A DNA stretch of 20,000 nt from an uncultured virus (IMG/VR IMGVR_UViG_2576861188_000003) (lineage: Duplodnaviria; Heunggongvirae; Uroviricota; Caudoviricetes): the IMG/VR virus record IMGVR_UViG_2576861188_000003. One strand, 5' to 3'. The stretch's first letter is position 1; each line of letters starts with the position of its first letter. The translations under genes were made by a program, and so were the position numbers. This document shows positions 1 through 8,128 of this stretch, in pieces. The notes below the pieces were generated by a model, which searched no databases, was not told the DNA's origin, and was given only the letters and a program-made list of their open reading frames with translations.

Positions 1-265
1 CGGGACGCTTCCACGTGTCACGCAGCTCGCGATCAACATCGTCATCAGGCATGTGGTTAACAGTTTGCTGTACATTGCTGGCCTCTTTCGTTGTCTCTAC
101 CCTGCGTTCTGCTGCTGCAACCACTGCCGCTGCGTTATCTTCGGTGCGCTGCTGGTCGGCTTTCGCTTCCGCTTTGCTGGTTCCGCGTGAATGACCCAGG
201 CCAAACGCGGCGGCAATAGCAGCAAACACCGCGACAACGAGTCCGGTAATTATCTCAAGCGTCAT
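1..265 (-). CDS. Putative Rz-like/i-spanin lysis accessory protein (truncated by window edge)
   Basis: Own translation MTLEIITGLVVAVFAAIAAAFGLGHSRGTSKAEAKADQQR...: N-terminal TM helix then Ala/Glu-rich helical region; ATG overlaps the endolysin stop (ATGA). Confidence 0.65.
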   Translation of the reverse strand, partial: MTLEIITGLVVAVFAAIAAAFGLGHSRGTSKAEAKADQQRTEDNAAAVVAAAERRVETTKEASNVQQTVNHMPDDDVDRELRDTWKRP

Positions 266-804
266 ATAACCACCCGCTCCTTTACCCAGCCATAAACAAA
301 TGTTTCGTTCGCGCTACGCTGCTCTGCCAGCTCAAGATAACGCTGACCCTGGCTACAATTCAGGGCCCGAAGCATAACCAGCTCACCCTCTTTTCCGCGC
401 CGGGAAAGATAGCTTTTTAACGCGCTGATGGTTCGCGGACCGATAAAGCCATCGGCAATCAGATCGGGATAGAGCGTGCCCTGAATGTTGAACACGTTCA
501 GCCAGCGCTGAAACCATTTGGTCTGAACTGATGGGCCCATGTTTACGCCTGTGTCGCAGAGTTCGGCAGCGATGGCTGGTGATACCTCAGAAACAAGGTC
601 GAAGCGTGGCCCTGTCCAGTAGTCAGCAGTCAGGATATCCAGCGCCTGCTGGCGGGTAAGGTTGCGCATATCACCGTTATAACCGTGGGCGCGAGCTACC
701 GCTTGCGTGATCCCCCAGTTTGTTGGGCCGCCTTTGTCGTCGGGGTGATTAACGTACCCGCCCTCTTTGCCGAGGATGGCATTAAATATTTCGTCTTTGG
801 TCAC
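262..804 (-). CDS. Endolysin, glycoside hydrolase family 108 with C-terminal peptidoglycan-binding domain
   Basis: EGGYVNHPDDKGGPTNWGIT motif typical of GH108; DGFIGPRT motif; GTG start at 804 overlaps upstream stop (GTGA). Confidence 0.92.
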   Translation of the reverse strand: MTKDEIFNAILGKEGGYVNHPDDKGGPTNWGITQAVARAHGYNGDMRNLTRQQALDILTADYWTGPRFDLVSEVSPAIAAELCDTGVNMGPSVQTKWFQRWLNVFNIQGTLYPDLIADGFIGPRTISALKSYLSRRGKEGELVMLRALNCSQGQRYLELAEQRSANETFVYGWVKERVVI

Positions 805-1082
805 GTTGTGCTTTCCCCTGCAATTCTTGCGATGTTGCCCCTTGCTCGCCATACGGCAATGCAGACAACGAGATTGACAACCAGCTCTCCGTAGTCGACC
901 TGCACGTAATCACCGTGCCAGATTCGGAAAGCGGTAAACGCTGGAGCGAGGATCAGCCCATACGCCAGAAACTCCATCAGACGGCGGCGCCGTAAGCTCC
1001 GCTTCCTGAAGAACATCAGGCGTATGCTGATGAGGATGCATGCAACAGCGTTAATGTTCAGGATCAGTGTTTGCCACGTCAT
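801..1082 (-). CDS. Phage holin-family membrane protein
   Basis: 93 aa, about three hydrophobic segments with a basic loop, directly upstream of the endolysin and translationally coupled. Confidence 0.75.
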   Translation of the reverse strand: MTWQTLILNINAVACILISIRLMFFRKRSLRRRRLMEFLAYGLILAPAFTAFRIWHGDYVQVDYGELVVNLVVCIAVWRARGNIARIAGESTT

Positions 1083-1483
1083 TCTTCCCCCTTCAATCCG
1101 GGTAAGTCTCCCGTCTTCGAGCGCTTGAGAACGCGAAGCAGGACGGTGACAGAAACCGTTGAGGCCGCCAGCGCGCCAATGGCTGGAGAAACTTTCACGG
1201 CAACTGGCGGAGAGAGATGACTTAATGCCGCATTGATAAGTGCTGCGATGATTTCAGATGCTGTACCGGCGCAGTAAACCCCACCAATGAACGAGATGAG
1301 CGCAAACAGTATCTGCTTCCAGAGCTTGTGGTCCTCGCTGCTCAGTACGTAAAGAGCCGCCCCAGCGAGAGAGCAAAGCATTACAGCAGGAGTGGCTTCT
1401 GGAAACATCGTCGCGAAAGTTATTCCGGTAGTGCCGGCGGCCACGCCTGCCGTTACCGTTGCAGATATCGGTTCTGCGGACAT
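1079..1483 (-). CDS. Putative holin/antiholin, first late gene
   Basis: 134 aa multi-TM protein; GAGGGGG RBS; first gene after pR' and its terminators. Confidence 0.7.
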   Translation of the reverse strand: MSAEPISATVTAGVAAGTTGITFATMFPEATPAVMLCSLAGAALYVLSSEDHKLWKQILFALISFIGGVYCAGTASEIIAALINAALSHLSPPVAVKVSPAIGALAASTVSVTVLLRVLKRSKTGDLPGLKGEE

Positions 1484-1530
1484 TTTGCCCCCTCATATTG
1501 CTGTTGATCCTCTCAGAAAGGTTGAGGGGA

Positions 1531-1559
1531 AACAAAAAAGGCCACCCGATGGCAGCCTT
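1531..1559 (-). terminator. Rho-independent terminator (second late-leader terminator)
   Basis: Minus strand AAGGCTGCC-ATCG-GGTGGCCTTTTTTGTTT hairpin plus U-tract. Confidence 0.7.
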
Positions 1560-1560
1560 A

Positions 1561-1592
1561 GAAAAGCAAAAACCCCGCCGAGGCAGGGTTTC
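1561..1592 (-). terminator. tR'-like Rho-independent terminator
   Basis: Minus strand GAAACCCTGCC-TC-GGCGGGGTTTTTGCTTTTC, about 40 nt downstream of the pR' -10 box. Confidence 0.75.
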
Positions 1593-1632
1593 AATGTTTG
1601 ATTTCGTTTGGACGGTATCTTCCACGATTAGA

Positions 1633-1662
1633 AGCATACAGGACAGTTTTATGCAAAGTCAA
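1633..1662 (-). promoter_or_regulatory. Late promoter pR' (Q-dependent)
   Basis: Minus strand TTGACT-N18-TATGCT immediately downstream of Q and upstream of terminators and lysis genes. Confidence 0.7.
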
Positions 1663-1703
1663 CACTAACGTGCAAAAAAGTGTCGCTAATTGCTCCGATC
1701 ATA

Positions 1704-2486
1704 TTAATAAGTTGTCGCCTTCTCAAATTCCACTGCTGCATGACGCTCCCCCTGGCGCAGAGTATCCACCAGCATTTCATAGAAGGGTTTCCAGTTGCGT
1801 GACCATGAGGATTGATGGAGGTCCGGGAGACGCTTCAAAATGGCACGGTGTACCGTCGCCGAGGAGATAGCAGAGAAGCCATTACCAGAGCAACGTTCAC
1901 ACGTTTTGAAAACCGGTGCGCCGCGGTCTTTAGTCGCTTTGCGGTCCAACACTTCGCCTTTACCGCCACACCTGCACCGGGCAAGGATCACTTTCTTTCC
2001 TCCGCATGTTCCGCAAACCCTATTCACCAGCTCATTTTTAATCTTCGGTGCCACCACCTCGGCACCGTCGGCATCGAAAATACCGGGATGTTTAACCACA
2101 TCCTCATTCCCGGAGATAAACCCGGTACCACTGCAGCTGTGACACGTCACGCTGGTAGCCGCAGAACGTGAGTAATCAGCAAAGGCAAATTGTGCCAACA
2201 TCTGCATGCACCATCCGAACTGCTCACCAGCTGCTTTGCGAACATTCTTCGGTGCGACATCCATCGCATATCGCGCCAGCGCCTGAACTGCGAGCTGTTC
2301 ATCCGTTTTGCTGATTCCCGCTTTACCGAAGAACGCCGCCAGGCCGAAGCGCGCGCGGCTGCTGGTGGTACCAATTGCCGCCATTACATCTGTTCCTGTA
2401 AGGCGGTCCGGAGAAGTTCCCTTCACGTCGTCGCCGATATGCATTCCCTGAGGACTAAAATGTTTGAGTGATGCTTCCAGTTTCAT
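1704..2486 (-). CDS. Late antitermination protein Q (zinc-finger type)
   Basis: LTGTDVMAAIG motif, several CxxCxGxG motifs, WSRNWKPFYE C-terminus; position before pR'. Confidence 0.88.
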   Translation of the reverse strand: MKLEASLKHFSPQGMHIGDDVKGTSPDRLTGTDVMAAIGTTSSRARFGLAAFFGKAGISKTDEQLAVQALARYAMDVAPKNVRKAAGEQFGWCMQMLAQFAFADYSRSAATSVTCHSCSGTGFISGNEDVVKHPGIFDADGAEVVAPKIKNELVNRVCGTCGGKKVILARCRCGGKGEVLDRKATKDRGAPVFKTCERCSGNGFSAISSATVHRAILKRLPDLHQSSWSRNWKPFYEMLVDTLRQGERHAAVEFEKATTY

Positions 2487-2513
2487 GCGCTTGCCCCCGC
2501 TGTTTTAATGGTT

Positions 2514-3893
2514 TTAATAGTCTGCATTGCTGGATTGCCTATCTTTTGCGTATCGTCTGGTTTGAGTTTTCTGCTGTGGCGCCGAACGCTGCTTTGCTAA
2601 CTCCTGGTCAATTGGCAGGAAGTGCCCGTTATAGAATCGTCGGTAAATCGTGCCTAGTTCACCGTTGCGCTGTTTGGTCACGTTAATTTCCGCGATACCT
2701 TTCGCTTGAGACTCAGGGTTATAAACTTCGTCGCGGTAAAGCATCATGATCAGATCAGCATCTGCCTCGATCTCACCAGAGTTTTTGAGGTCTGAGTTCA
2801 TCGGTCGCTTATTGGGCCGCGACTCAACGCCACGAGAAAGCTGGCTCAGGGCAAGCACCGGCGTTTTATTAGATTTAGCCAGACGCTTGAGTCCTTTTGA
2901 CACCTCACCAACGGCAAGGTCATATCGTGCAGTGCTTTCGATTTTGATGAGTGCCAAGTAATCCACAACCACCAGCGCTATTTCCGGATGCGCCAGTTGT
3001 AGGCGGGTAGCTATCTGTTGAATCTGATATACTGTCAGATCGGTGGAATCAACCATCCAGATACTACGGCCTGTCAGGCGCTCTACACCGTTTGTCAGTC
3101 TGGCCCAGTCCTCATCTTCAAAATCAGCAGCCTTTTTCAGGCGCGAAACTGACATGCCGCCGGCAGCAGATACCATTCGCTCTCCGATCTGGATATTTGG
3201 CATTTCCATGCTGAAGAACAGCACACCACGGCCCTGCTCAGAAACTTTGTCGATGATATCCAGCGCCAATTCAGTTTTACCCATCGACGGACGCGCAGCG
3301 ATAAACACCAGGTCTGTTGGTTCAATGCCGCCAGTCTTTGCATCAAGCTCTTCAATACCCGTCATGAGGCTTCTGGCTTCTTCGAGCCCGCGGTTGCGTG
3401 CATCTACCCGATCCACTACAGCAGGAAGAATGTCGTCGATGTGAACTGGCTGAACGGTCTTTTCTTCGAGAGAAATTGCGGCAATGCTGTTCTGTGCAGC
3501 CCTGAATGCCGATAAAGCCGCATCACCATTGTGAGCACTCCGGAGATCAGCCAGCGCCCTTTCAATCACAGCTTCGGCATCACGAACAGCTGCATTACGC
3601 TCCAGCGTGGCAACGTAGGACACAAGCGCCGACTTGGCCCATGCGATACGGCTCGAGTCCATAATGATTGCGCTGTGCTTTGGCATGTTTTCGCAGAGCA
3701 GTACAGGGTCAATAACGCCAGCTCCACGCGCCTGACGGCAGATCCCAGTATATATTTCCCGATACTGCGGTACCGAGAAAGCGGTGGCCGGCACCCTGGA
3801 AAGAATATCCAGTACCTCAGGGTCGGCTCCACGCAGAAAAATTGCGCCGATCACCGCACCTTCCAGATCTTCATTTTTCCAGACAGGAGTCAT
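2514..3893 (-). CDS. dnaB: Phage-encoded replicative DnaB-family helicase
   Basis: AARPSMGKT Walker A, FSMEM, VVVDYL, LSQLSRGVESRPNKRP, SGEIEADADLI, KQRNG motifs. Confidence 0.95.
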   Translation of the reverse strand: MTPVWKNEDLEGAVIGAIFLRGADPEVLDILSRVPATAFSVPQYREIYTGICRQARGAGVIDPVLLCENMPKHSAIIMDSSRIAWAKSALVSYVATLERNAAVRDAEAVIERALADLRSAHNGDAALSAFRAAQNSIAAISLEEKTVQPVHIDDILPAVVDRVDARNRGLEEARSLMTGIEELDAKTGGIEPTDLVFIAARPSMGKTELALDIIDKVSEQGRGVLFFSMEMPNIQIGERMVSAAGGMSVSRLKKAADFEDEDWARLTNGVERLTGRSIWMVDSTDLTVYQIQQIATRLQLAHPEIALVVVDYLALIKIESTARYDLAVGEVSKGLKRLAKSNKTPVLALSQLSRGVESRPNKRPMNSDLKNSGEIEADADLIMMLYRDEVYNPESQAKGIAEINVTKQRNGELGTIYRRFYNGHFLPIDQELAKQRSAPQQKTQTRRYAKDRQSSNADY

Positions 3894-4771
3894 GCTACAA
3901 CTCCTGACGCGATGGCACGGAAACTTCCCCAGCCAAATGCCAGACGGTTGCGGCCACCATCGGTAACCCGGTCCACGATTCGCTCACCAATAGTCTCTTT
4001 CAACTGGTCAAATGTGAGATTGCTGATCAGGATTGTTGGCAAAATGCTTTCGTACCGGGCATTGATAATTTCCTGCAGGATGGTCATTTCAGTCGGGCTG
4101 CCGAACTGAACGCCCACTTCGTCGATAATCAACAGATCCAGTGAAGCAAAGCGCTCAATGACATCTTCCTCCGTCATTTCAGCATTGTGGCGCCACGTGC
4201 TTTTCACCGCTCGGGTTAGCCGCATAACATCAGTGATTTCCACTTTAGCGAGATGATCGCGGATGATGCTTTTCGCCATAGACACTGCCAGGTGGTTTTT
4301 GCCGGTACCACAATTTCCTGTCATAACGAGCCCAGTTCCAGCTTTAAGGCGTTCAGGCCAGCTGGTGGCATAACGCTGACAAGCCGCGAGATTTTTGGCG
4401 GCATCCTGATTGATGGCCTGGTAGTTATCGAATTCACATGCTTCGAACCGTCTTGCGATCCCAGCATTGTCTATCAGGTCGGCTACTCGCAATGTACGCA
4501 GACTGGATTCAATGCCAGCGAGTTCCGCTTTCACACATTCCGGGCATTGGGAGTGCTTAACATTTTCAACGCCTCGATAGGCTTTTCCAGTGAGGGAAAT
4601 ACGCTGATAATCACCATGTTTTTCACAGGCGGCGGCGTGGACGCTCCCTGACTCCCAGCTTCCCCACTGCCACGGTTTTTTGTGTTCCACAGCAAACGCC
4701 AGCTCTTCACGAAGCCCTTCGCGCTTTGCCACCAGAGCTTCCCTTTCTTCGCGTTGTTTGATACTCAACAT
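3890..4771 (-). CDS. DnaC/IstB-family AAA+ helicase loader
   Basis: GNCGTGKNHLA Walker A, LLIIDEVG Walker B, ISN sensor, RIVDR; N-terminal Cys/His zinc motif; lies between initiator and helicase. Confidence 0.9.
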   Translation of the reverse strand: MLSIKQREEREALVAKREGLREELAFAVEHKKPWQWGSWESGSVHAAACEKHGDYQRISLTGKAYRGVENVKHSQCPECVKAELAGIESSLRTLRVADLIDNAGIARRFEACEFDNYQAINQDAAKNLAACQRYATSWPERLKAGTGLVMTGNCGTGKNHLAVSMAKSIIRDHLAKVEITDVMRLTRAVKSTWRHNAEMTEEDVIERFASLDLLIIDEVGVQFGSPTEMTILQEIINARYESILPTILISNLTFDQLKETIGERIVDRVTDGGRNRLAFGWGSFRAIASGVVA

Positions 4772-4786
4772 TGTGATTTCTCCTGC

Positions 4787-5596
4787 TTACCAGTTGCAGT
4801 CTGATTGGCCATAGTCTTGTTCACTAAACCCCGAAACCGGCAGTCCACCAGGTCTACCGCTTACCGCACCAGATGGCGCCTGCCATGACTCTTCGAAATG
4901 CCGATCGGGACCAAAGAACGTCGCCGCCTGTTTCACGTACTGCGTTCCGGCGCTACCTGTAGCACGGACATAACCTGCATAACGGTTTACACCAGCCAGC
5001 ATTGCCTCAGTGTTAACACCGTCTTTGATTCGAGCTTTCCAGGCTTTCCAAGCAGCGGCTTTAGAATTACCGCCAGCACGTTTAGGGTATGCCTGCCATG
5101 CCCGCTCGAACTCGTTGGAATAATTCTCTTTGGAAGAGCGATTTTCAGAATGGTTATCAGATGAACCGTTATATTTAGGTTCTATGACTGATTCATTGAC
5201 TGGTTCAAAAGAGTGACTGATTCTGGGTGCAGCTCCTGCACTACCCCCTAGTGAATCTCCTGCACTATGGGGTGAATCTCCTGCACCAGGTAGTGAACGA
5301 TTCGCACTACCCCCTAGTGAATCTCCTGCACTACTGAAATCAAGGCGATATACATTACTTGAGTTACCTTTTGGACCTGGGCGAAGTTCTTTTTTTACCA
5401 GGCCGCATTCACATAAAGCATCAATGTGAATCATCACAGATCGCTTACTGATTTCGCACTGATCAGCGATGTGTTGATAGCTCGGCCAGCACTCTCCATG
5501 GTCACTAGCGTTATCTGCAAGCTTCAGTAGCACGAGCTTACGCAGTGGATTTCCCACCTTGACCTTCATTGCTTTAACCATCAGTTCCATGCTCAT
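4787..5596 (-). CDS. Phage replication initiator (N-terminal winged HTH, O-analogue)
   Basis: KLVLLKLADNA...CWPSYQHIADQCEIS wHTH; internal iterons; C-terminal FERAWQAYPKR and YVKQAATFFG motifs. Confidence 0.88.
   Translation of the reverse strand: MSMELMVKAMKVKVGNPLRKLVLLKLADNASDHGECWPSYQHIADQCEISKRSVMIHIDALCECGLVKKELRPGPKGNSSNVYRLDFSSAGDSLGGSANRSLPGAGDSPHSAGDSLGGSAGAAPRISHSFEPVNESVIEPKYNGSSDNHSENRSSKENYSNEFERAWQAYPKRAGGNSKAAAWKAWKARIKDGVNTEAMLAGVNRYAGYVRATGSAGTQYVKQAATFFGPDRHFEESWQAPSGAVSGRPGGLPVSGFSEQDYGQSDCNW
5227..5331. repeat. Replication origin iterons: five 15-bp repeats, consensus GTGAATCTCCTGCAC
   Basis: Copies at 5227, 5251, 5272, 5293 and 5317 (spacing 24/21/21/24) inside the initiator gene, next to an AT-richer tract at about 5120-5220. 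Confidence 0.85.
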
Positions 5597-5673
5597 GCGA
5601 CACCCGCCAACTCATTTTCGTTACTGAATTCAGCCACCAGTAAAGGTTCGCTGACGCAATAATGCCGTGACAT
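5593..5673 (-). CDS. 26-aa mini-ORF between cro and the initiator
   Basis: MSRHYCVSEPLLVAEFSNENELAGVA; starts 1 nt after the cro stop and its stop overlaps the initiator ATG. Confidence 0.4.
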   Translation of the reverse strand: MSRHYCVSEPLLVAEFSNENELAGVA

Positions 5674-5674
5674 G

Positions 5675-5905
5675 TCACACCCCATTACCCGGGTGCGGGA
5701 AAACAAGCATTTCTCGCTTGAGGATTTTTTTACCAACAAAAGTTCTACTTGCTGCTTCAATAGAAGTTGCAAGCTTTGGTGAAGCGTTTCTGTAGCCATA
5801 GGCAATAAGATTCAAATATCCTGTTGATGTGCCGCTCTTGACGGCTAATGCGTGCCACTCCTCTTTAGTGGAAGCCCGACGCCAGGAAAGAAGTTCGTTT
5901 TCCAT
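5675..5905 (-). CDS. cro: Cro-like HTH regulator
   Basis: 76 aa, LAVKSGTSTGYLNLIAYGYRNASPKLA HTH; divergent from cI; GAGGTG RBS. Confidence 0.85.
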   Translation of the reverse strand: MENELLSWRRASTKEEWHALAVKSGTSTGYLNLIAYGYRNASPKLATSIEAASRTFVGKKILKREMLVFPHPGNGV

Positions 5906-5918
5906 ACCTACACCTCAA

Positions 5919-6002
5919 TTTATCATTTTGGTAAAGTTTATCTTTACGATAACTACCAGGCAAGATAAATTTATCAAATTAGGTATTTATCATATTGCTA
6001 AA
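5919..6002. promoter_or_regulatory. OR operator region, TTTATC-N5-GATAAA-type sites
   Basis: 5919 TTTATCattttGGTAAA; 5937 TTTATCtttacGATAAC; 5986 TTTATCatattGCTAAA; further half-sites at 5964-5975. Confidence 0.75.
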
Positions 6003-6020
6003 AAGTGGGAGTATTTGGTT

Positions 6021-6740
6021 ATGGACATAAAAAACATTCGACGCCAGAACCTAAACAGGTTGATTGGTGAGTACATCTTGGAAGGCTATACCAAGGCACA
6101 AATTGCTGAAAAAATTGGTATACCCCCATCTCAACTGAGTCAGTTATCAGGCTCTAACGCCTCTCGTAACATTGGCGACATAATAGCCAGGAGAATTGAG
6201 TCAAGTATGGGTCTGCCCCATGGCTGGATGGATTCAAACAGAGCAGATGTTGATGCATCGGGTACGAAGCCTAATTTTTTCATAAATCCACTTACAAAAA
6301 ATCAGCAGCAATATCGAATTGAGGTGATGGACACTGAGTTCAGTTGCGGAAGTGGCAGGATGAACATGGACTATCCTGAAATTATTAAATCAATTGAACT
6401 CGATCCAGAGGAAGCCAAAAGGATGTTTGGTGGGCGTAGCCCTACCTCCCTGAAAATCTGCACGGTTGTCGGGGATAGCATGCTCGGGACTATTTATCCT
6501 GGGGATCTTGTCGTGATAGACATTACGGTAAACCGCCTGATAGGTGATGGAATTTATGCTTTCGTTTATGGTGACAATTTCCATATCAAACGCTTACAGT
6601 TGCTTAAGGACAAGCTGGTAGTCATCAGCGATAATCCCACATACGAAAAATGGCATGTATCTGAAACTGATCAAAGCGAGTTTCACATTCAAGGTTTAGT
6701 AGTCGGCAGGTGGCAAATGTCATATAACCGCTTGGGCTGA
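6021..6740 (+). CDS. cI: CI-like repressor (XRE HTH + S24 autopeptidase)
   Basis: AQIAEKIGIPPSQLSQL HTH; FSCGSG cleavage loop; GDSM catalytic Ser and IKRL catalytic Lys; ATG at 6021 after GGGAG. Confidence 0.93.
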   Translation: MDIKNIRRQNLNRLIGEYILEGYTKAQIAEKIGIPPSQLSQLSGSNASRNIGDIIARRIESSMGLPHGWMDSNRADVDASGTKPNFFINPLTKNQQQYRIEVMDTEFSCGSGRMNMDYPEIIKSIELDPEEAKRMFGGRSPTSLKICTVVGDSMLGTIYPGDLVVIDITVNRLIGDGIYAFVYGDNFHIKRLQLLKDKLVVISDNPTYEKWHVSETDQSEFHIQGLVVGRWQMSYNRLG

Positions 6741-6755
6741 CACTCATACGGATAC

Positions 6756-6780
6756 AAAACCAGCTCCGGCTGGTTTTTTT
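6756..6780 (+). terminator. Rho-independent terminator after cI
   Basis: AAAACCAGC-TCCG-GCTGGTTTTTTT. Confidence 0.85.
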
Positions 6781-6830
6781 ATGCCTGCCATAAAATAATT
6801 TACTATAAATATCAAAAGCATAACCATTAA

Positions 6831-6882
6831 TTTATCATAATTTATCAAAAAGATATTTACCAAAATTTATCTTTGAGATAAA
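6831..6882. promoter_or_regulatory. OL operator/pL region
   Basis: Perfect palindrome TTTATCtttgaGATAAA at 6866-6882; TTTATCaaaaaGATATT at 6841-6857; same motif as OR. Confidence 0.75.
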
Positions 6883-6915
6883 GTTCAATCATCGGCAAAC
6901 AACGGAGCCTATGAA

Positions 6916-7347
6916 ATGAACACTCAAATTATCGTAGCCAAAACCATCGGCAAAAGAATACTTAATCAAAGATCTTCTCTTCGCCTTTCTCAGGATTTTT
7001 TGGCTGATCATCTTGGTTTAACAACCGAAACCATTAACAACTGGGAAACGGAAAAAAGTGTTCCTTTTGCTGACCAGTTAATCCAATTGGCTAACATTCT
7101 TCATTCTGATGTTCTGTGGCTCATTTCAGGAAACGAGCAGTGCGGTGAATTTACAGAGCCAACAAGTATTTTAACGTCCAATCAACTTAACTCATGGGCT
7201 GCGGATATTGGCAATTGCAGAATGGCTTTATCTAATGCTATGGATTGCATGCCTCAGGAATTGTCGGCTATCGGTACACTAACTATCGTTTATGAAAAAT
7301 TAGACGACTTGCAAGAAACCATCAGCAATCAAGCCGACAAAATTTAA
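6916..7347 (+). CDS. XRE-family HTH protein with unknown helical C-terminal domain
   Basis: LSQDFLADHLGLTTETINNWETEKSVP...LANIL...WLISG is a typical HTH_3 pattern. Confidence 0.85.
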   Translation: MNTQIIVAKTIGKRILNQRSSLRLSQDFLADHLGLTTETINNWETEKSVPFADQLIQLANILHSDVLWLISGNEQCGEFTEPTSILTSNQLNSWAADIGNCRMALSNAMDCMPQELSAIGTLTIVYEKLDDLQETISNQADKI

Positions 7348-7407
7348 AATTAATTAACATTATTTAATTAACACCTTTCTTGGTGGGGAAAAACTCACCC
7401 TGAGGAA

Positions 7408-7800
7408 ATGAAAATGCAAAATTCCGTCGCAATTAATCAGCCGATTAAAACGCCTCAAATGCTGTTCGGATCTGACAACATTAATGACTTTGGCAACCGC
7501 GTTCAAAGCTGCCGGATGGAAGGTGATTCCATGCAGCCGACCATCGAACCATGTGAGGTTGTGGCTTTCGTTGATTGCGGTGGACGTGCGCTTACCTCTG
7601 GCATTTATGTTTACACAATGGATGCTTTTGGTCGCCCATGCCTTTTCATTAAGAGAATCGAGCCATTAGCTGATGGCTCATTAAAAATCATCTCTGATAA
7701 CCATCATTACGAAACTTTCACCCTTAACACCGATGAACAGAAAGAAATCAAAATTCACGGTCGGGTAGTCGCGTCTTTGGCTGTGAGGCGCTTCGTATGA
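7408..7800 (+). CDS. Stand-alone S24 (LexA/CI C-terminal-like) peptidase domain protein
   Basis: MEGDSMQPTI (Ser), GIYV, FIKRI (Lys), IISDN, IHGRVV motifs; no DNA-binding domain. Confidence 0.87.
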   Translation: MKMQNSVAINQPIKTPQMLFGSDNINDFGNRVQSCRMEGDSMQPTIEPCEVVAFVDCGGRALTSGIYVYTMDAFGRPCLFIKRIEPLADGSLKIISDNHHYETFTLNTDEQKEIKIHGRVVASLAVRRFV

Positions 7801-7904
7801 CTTTCATCATTGATAAATCGGCATACAGAACAGCATGCCTTTATGCGGCCTGCGGTTACGAGGTAATCGCTCGTCTTTATCTTAAAAAAGCATATGGACG
7901 GTAA
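7797..7904 (+). CDS. 35-aa small protein (not in ORF track)
   Basis: MTFIIDKSAYRTACLYAACGYEVIARLYLKKAYGR; ATGA overlap with the S24 gene, GAGG RBS, ends 2 nt before the next ATG. Confidence 0.6.
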   Translation: MTFIIDKSAYRTACLYAACGYEVIARLYLKKAYGR

Positions 7905-7906
7905 TT

Positions 7907-8128
7907 ATGATCGTCTTAAAAAGACAAGATATTCAGAGTGTGAATATCAAAGCTGAGCAACTGTCTGGTCTATCGCAAACATTATTTGAATATCACGACA
8001 AGCTCGATCACTTCCAACTTAAAGCAATTTGCGCTCTTGTTTATGACCTAGCCGCTGATATTCATGACTGGACCGAAAAAGAAGAGGAAATAGTTATGGG
8101 TTTGGAGGAGGAGCAGCGCAATGGATAA
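7907..8128 (+). CDS. Hypothetical phage early protein
   Basis: Tightly packed operon; overlaps the next gene. Confidence 0.7.
   Translation: MIVLKRQDIQSVNIKAEQLSGLSQTLFEYHDKLDHFQLKAICALVYDLAADIHDWTEKEEEIVMGLEEEQRNG

Noticed and set aside
3890..4771. IS21 istB / insertion sequence
   Set aside because: No istA transposase or terminal inverted repeats; context is a phage initiator-loader-helicase module
685..5164. Plus-strand ORFs opposite lysis, Q and replication genes (e.g. 1812-2171, 3043-3444, 3531-4109, 4253-4651)
   Set aside because: Antisense shadows of well-supported genes, with no motifs
5227..5331. CRISPR-like repeat array
   Set aside because: Repeats are 15 bp with 6-9 bp spacers, lie in frame within a replication gene and have no cas genes nearby; they are iterons
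5829..6020. N-terminal extension of cI (303-aa ORF call)
   Set aside because: It overlaps cro and the operators; ATG 6021 has an RBS and gives a typical CI length
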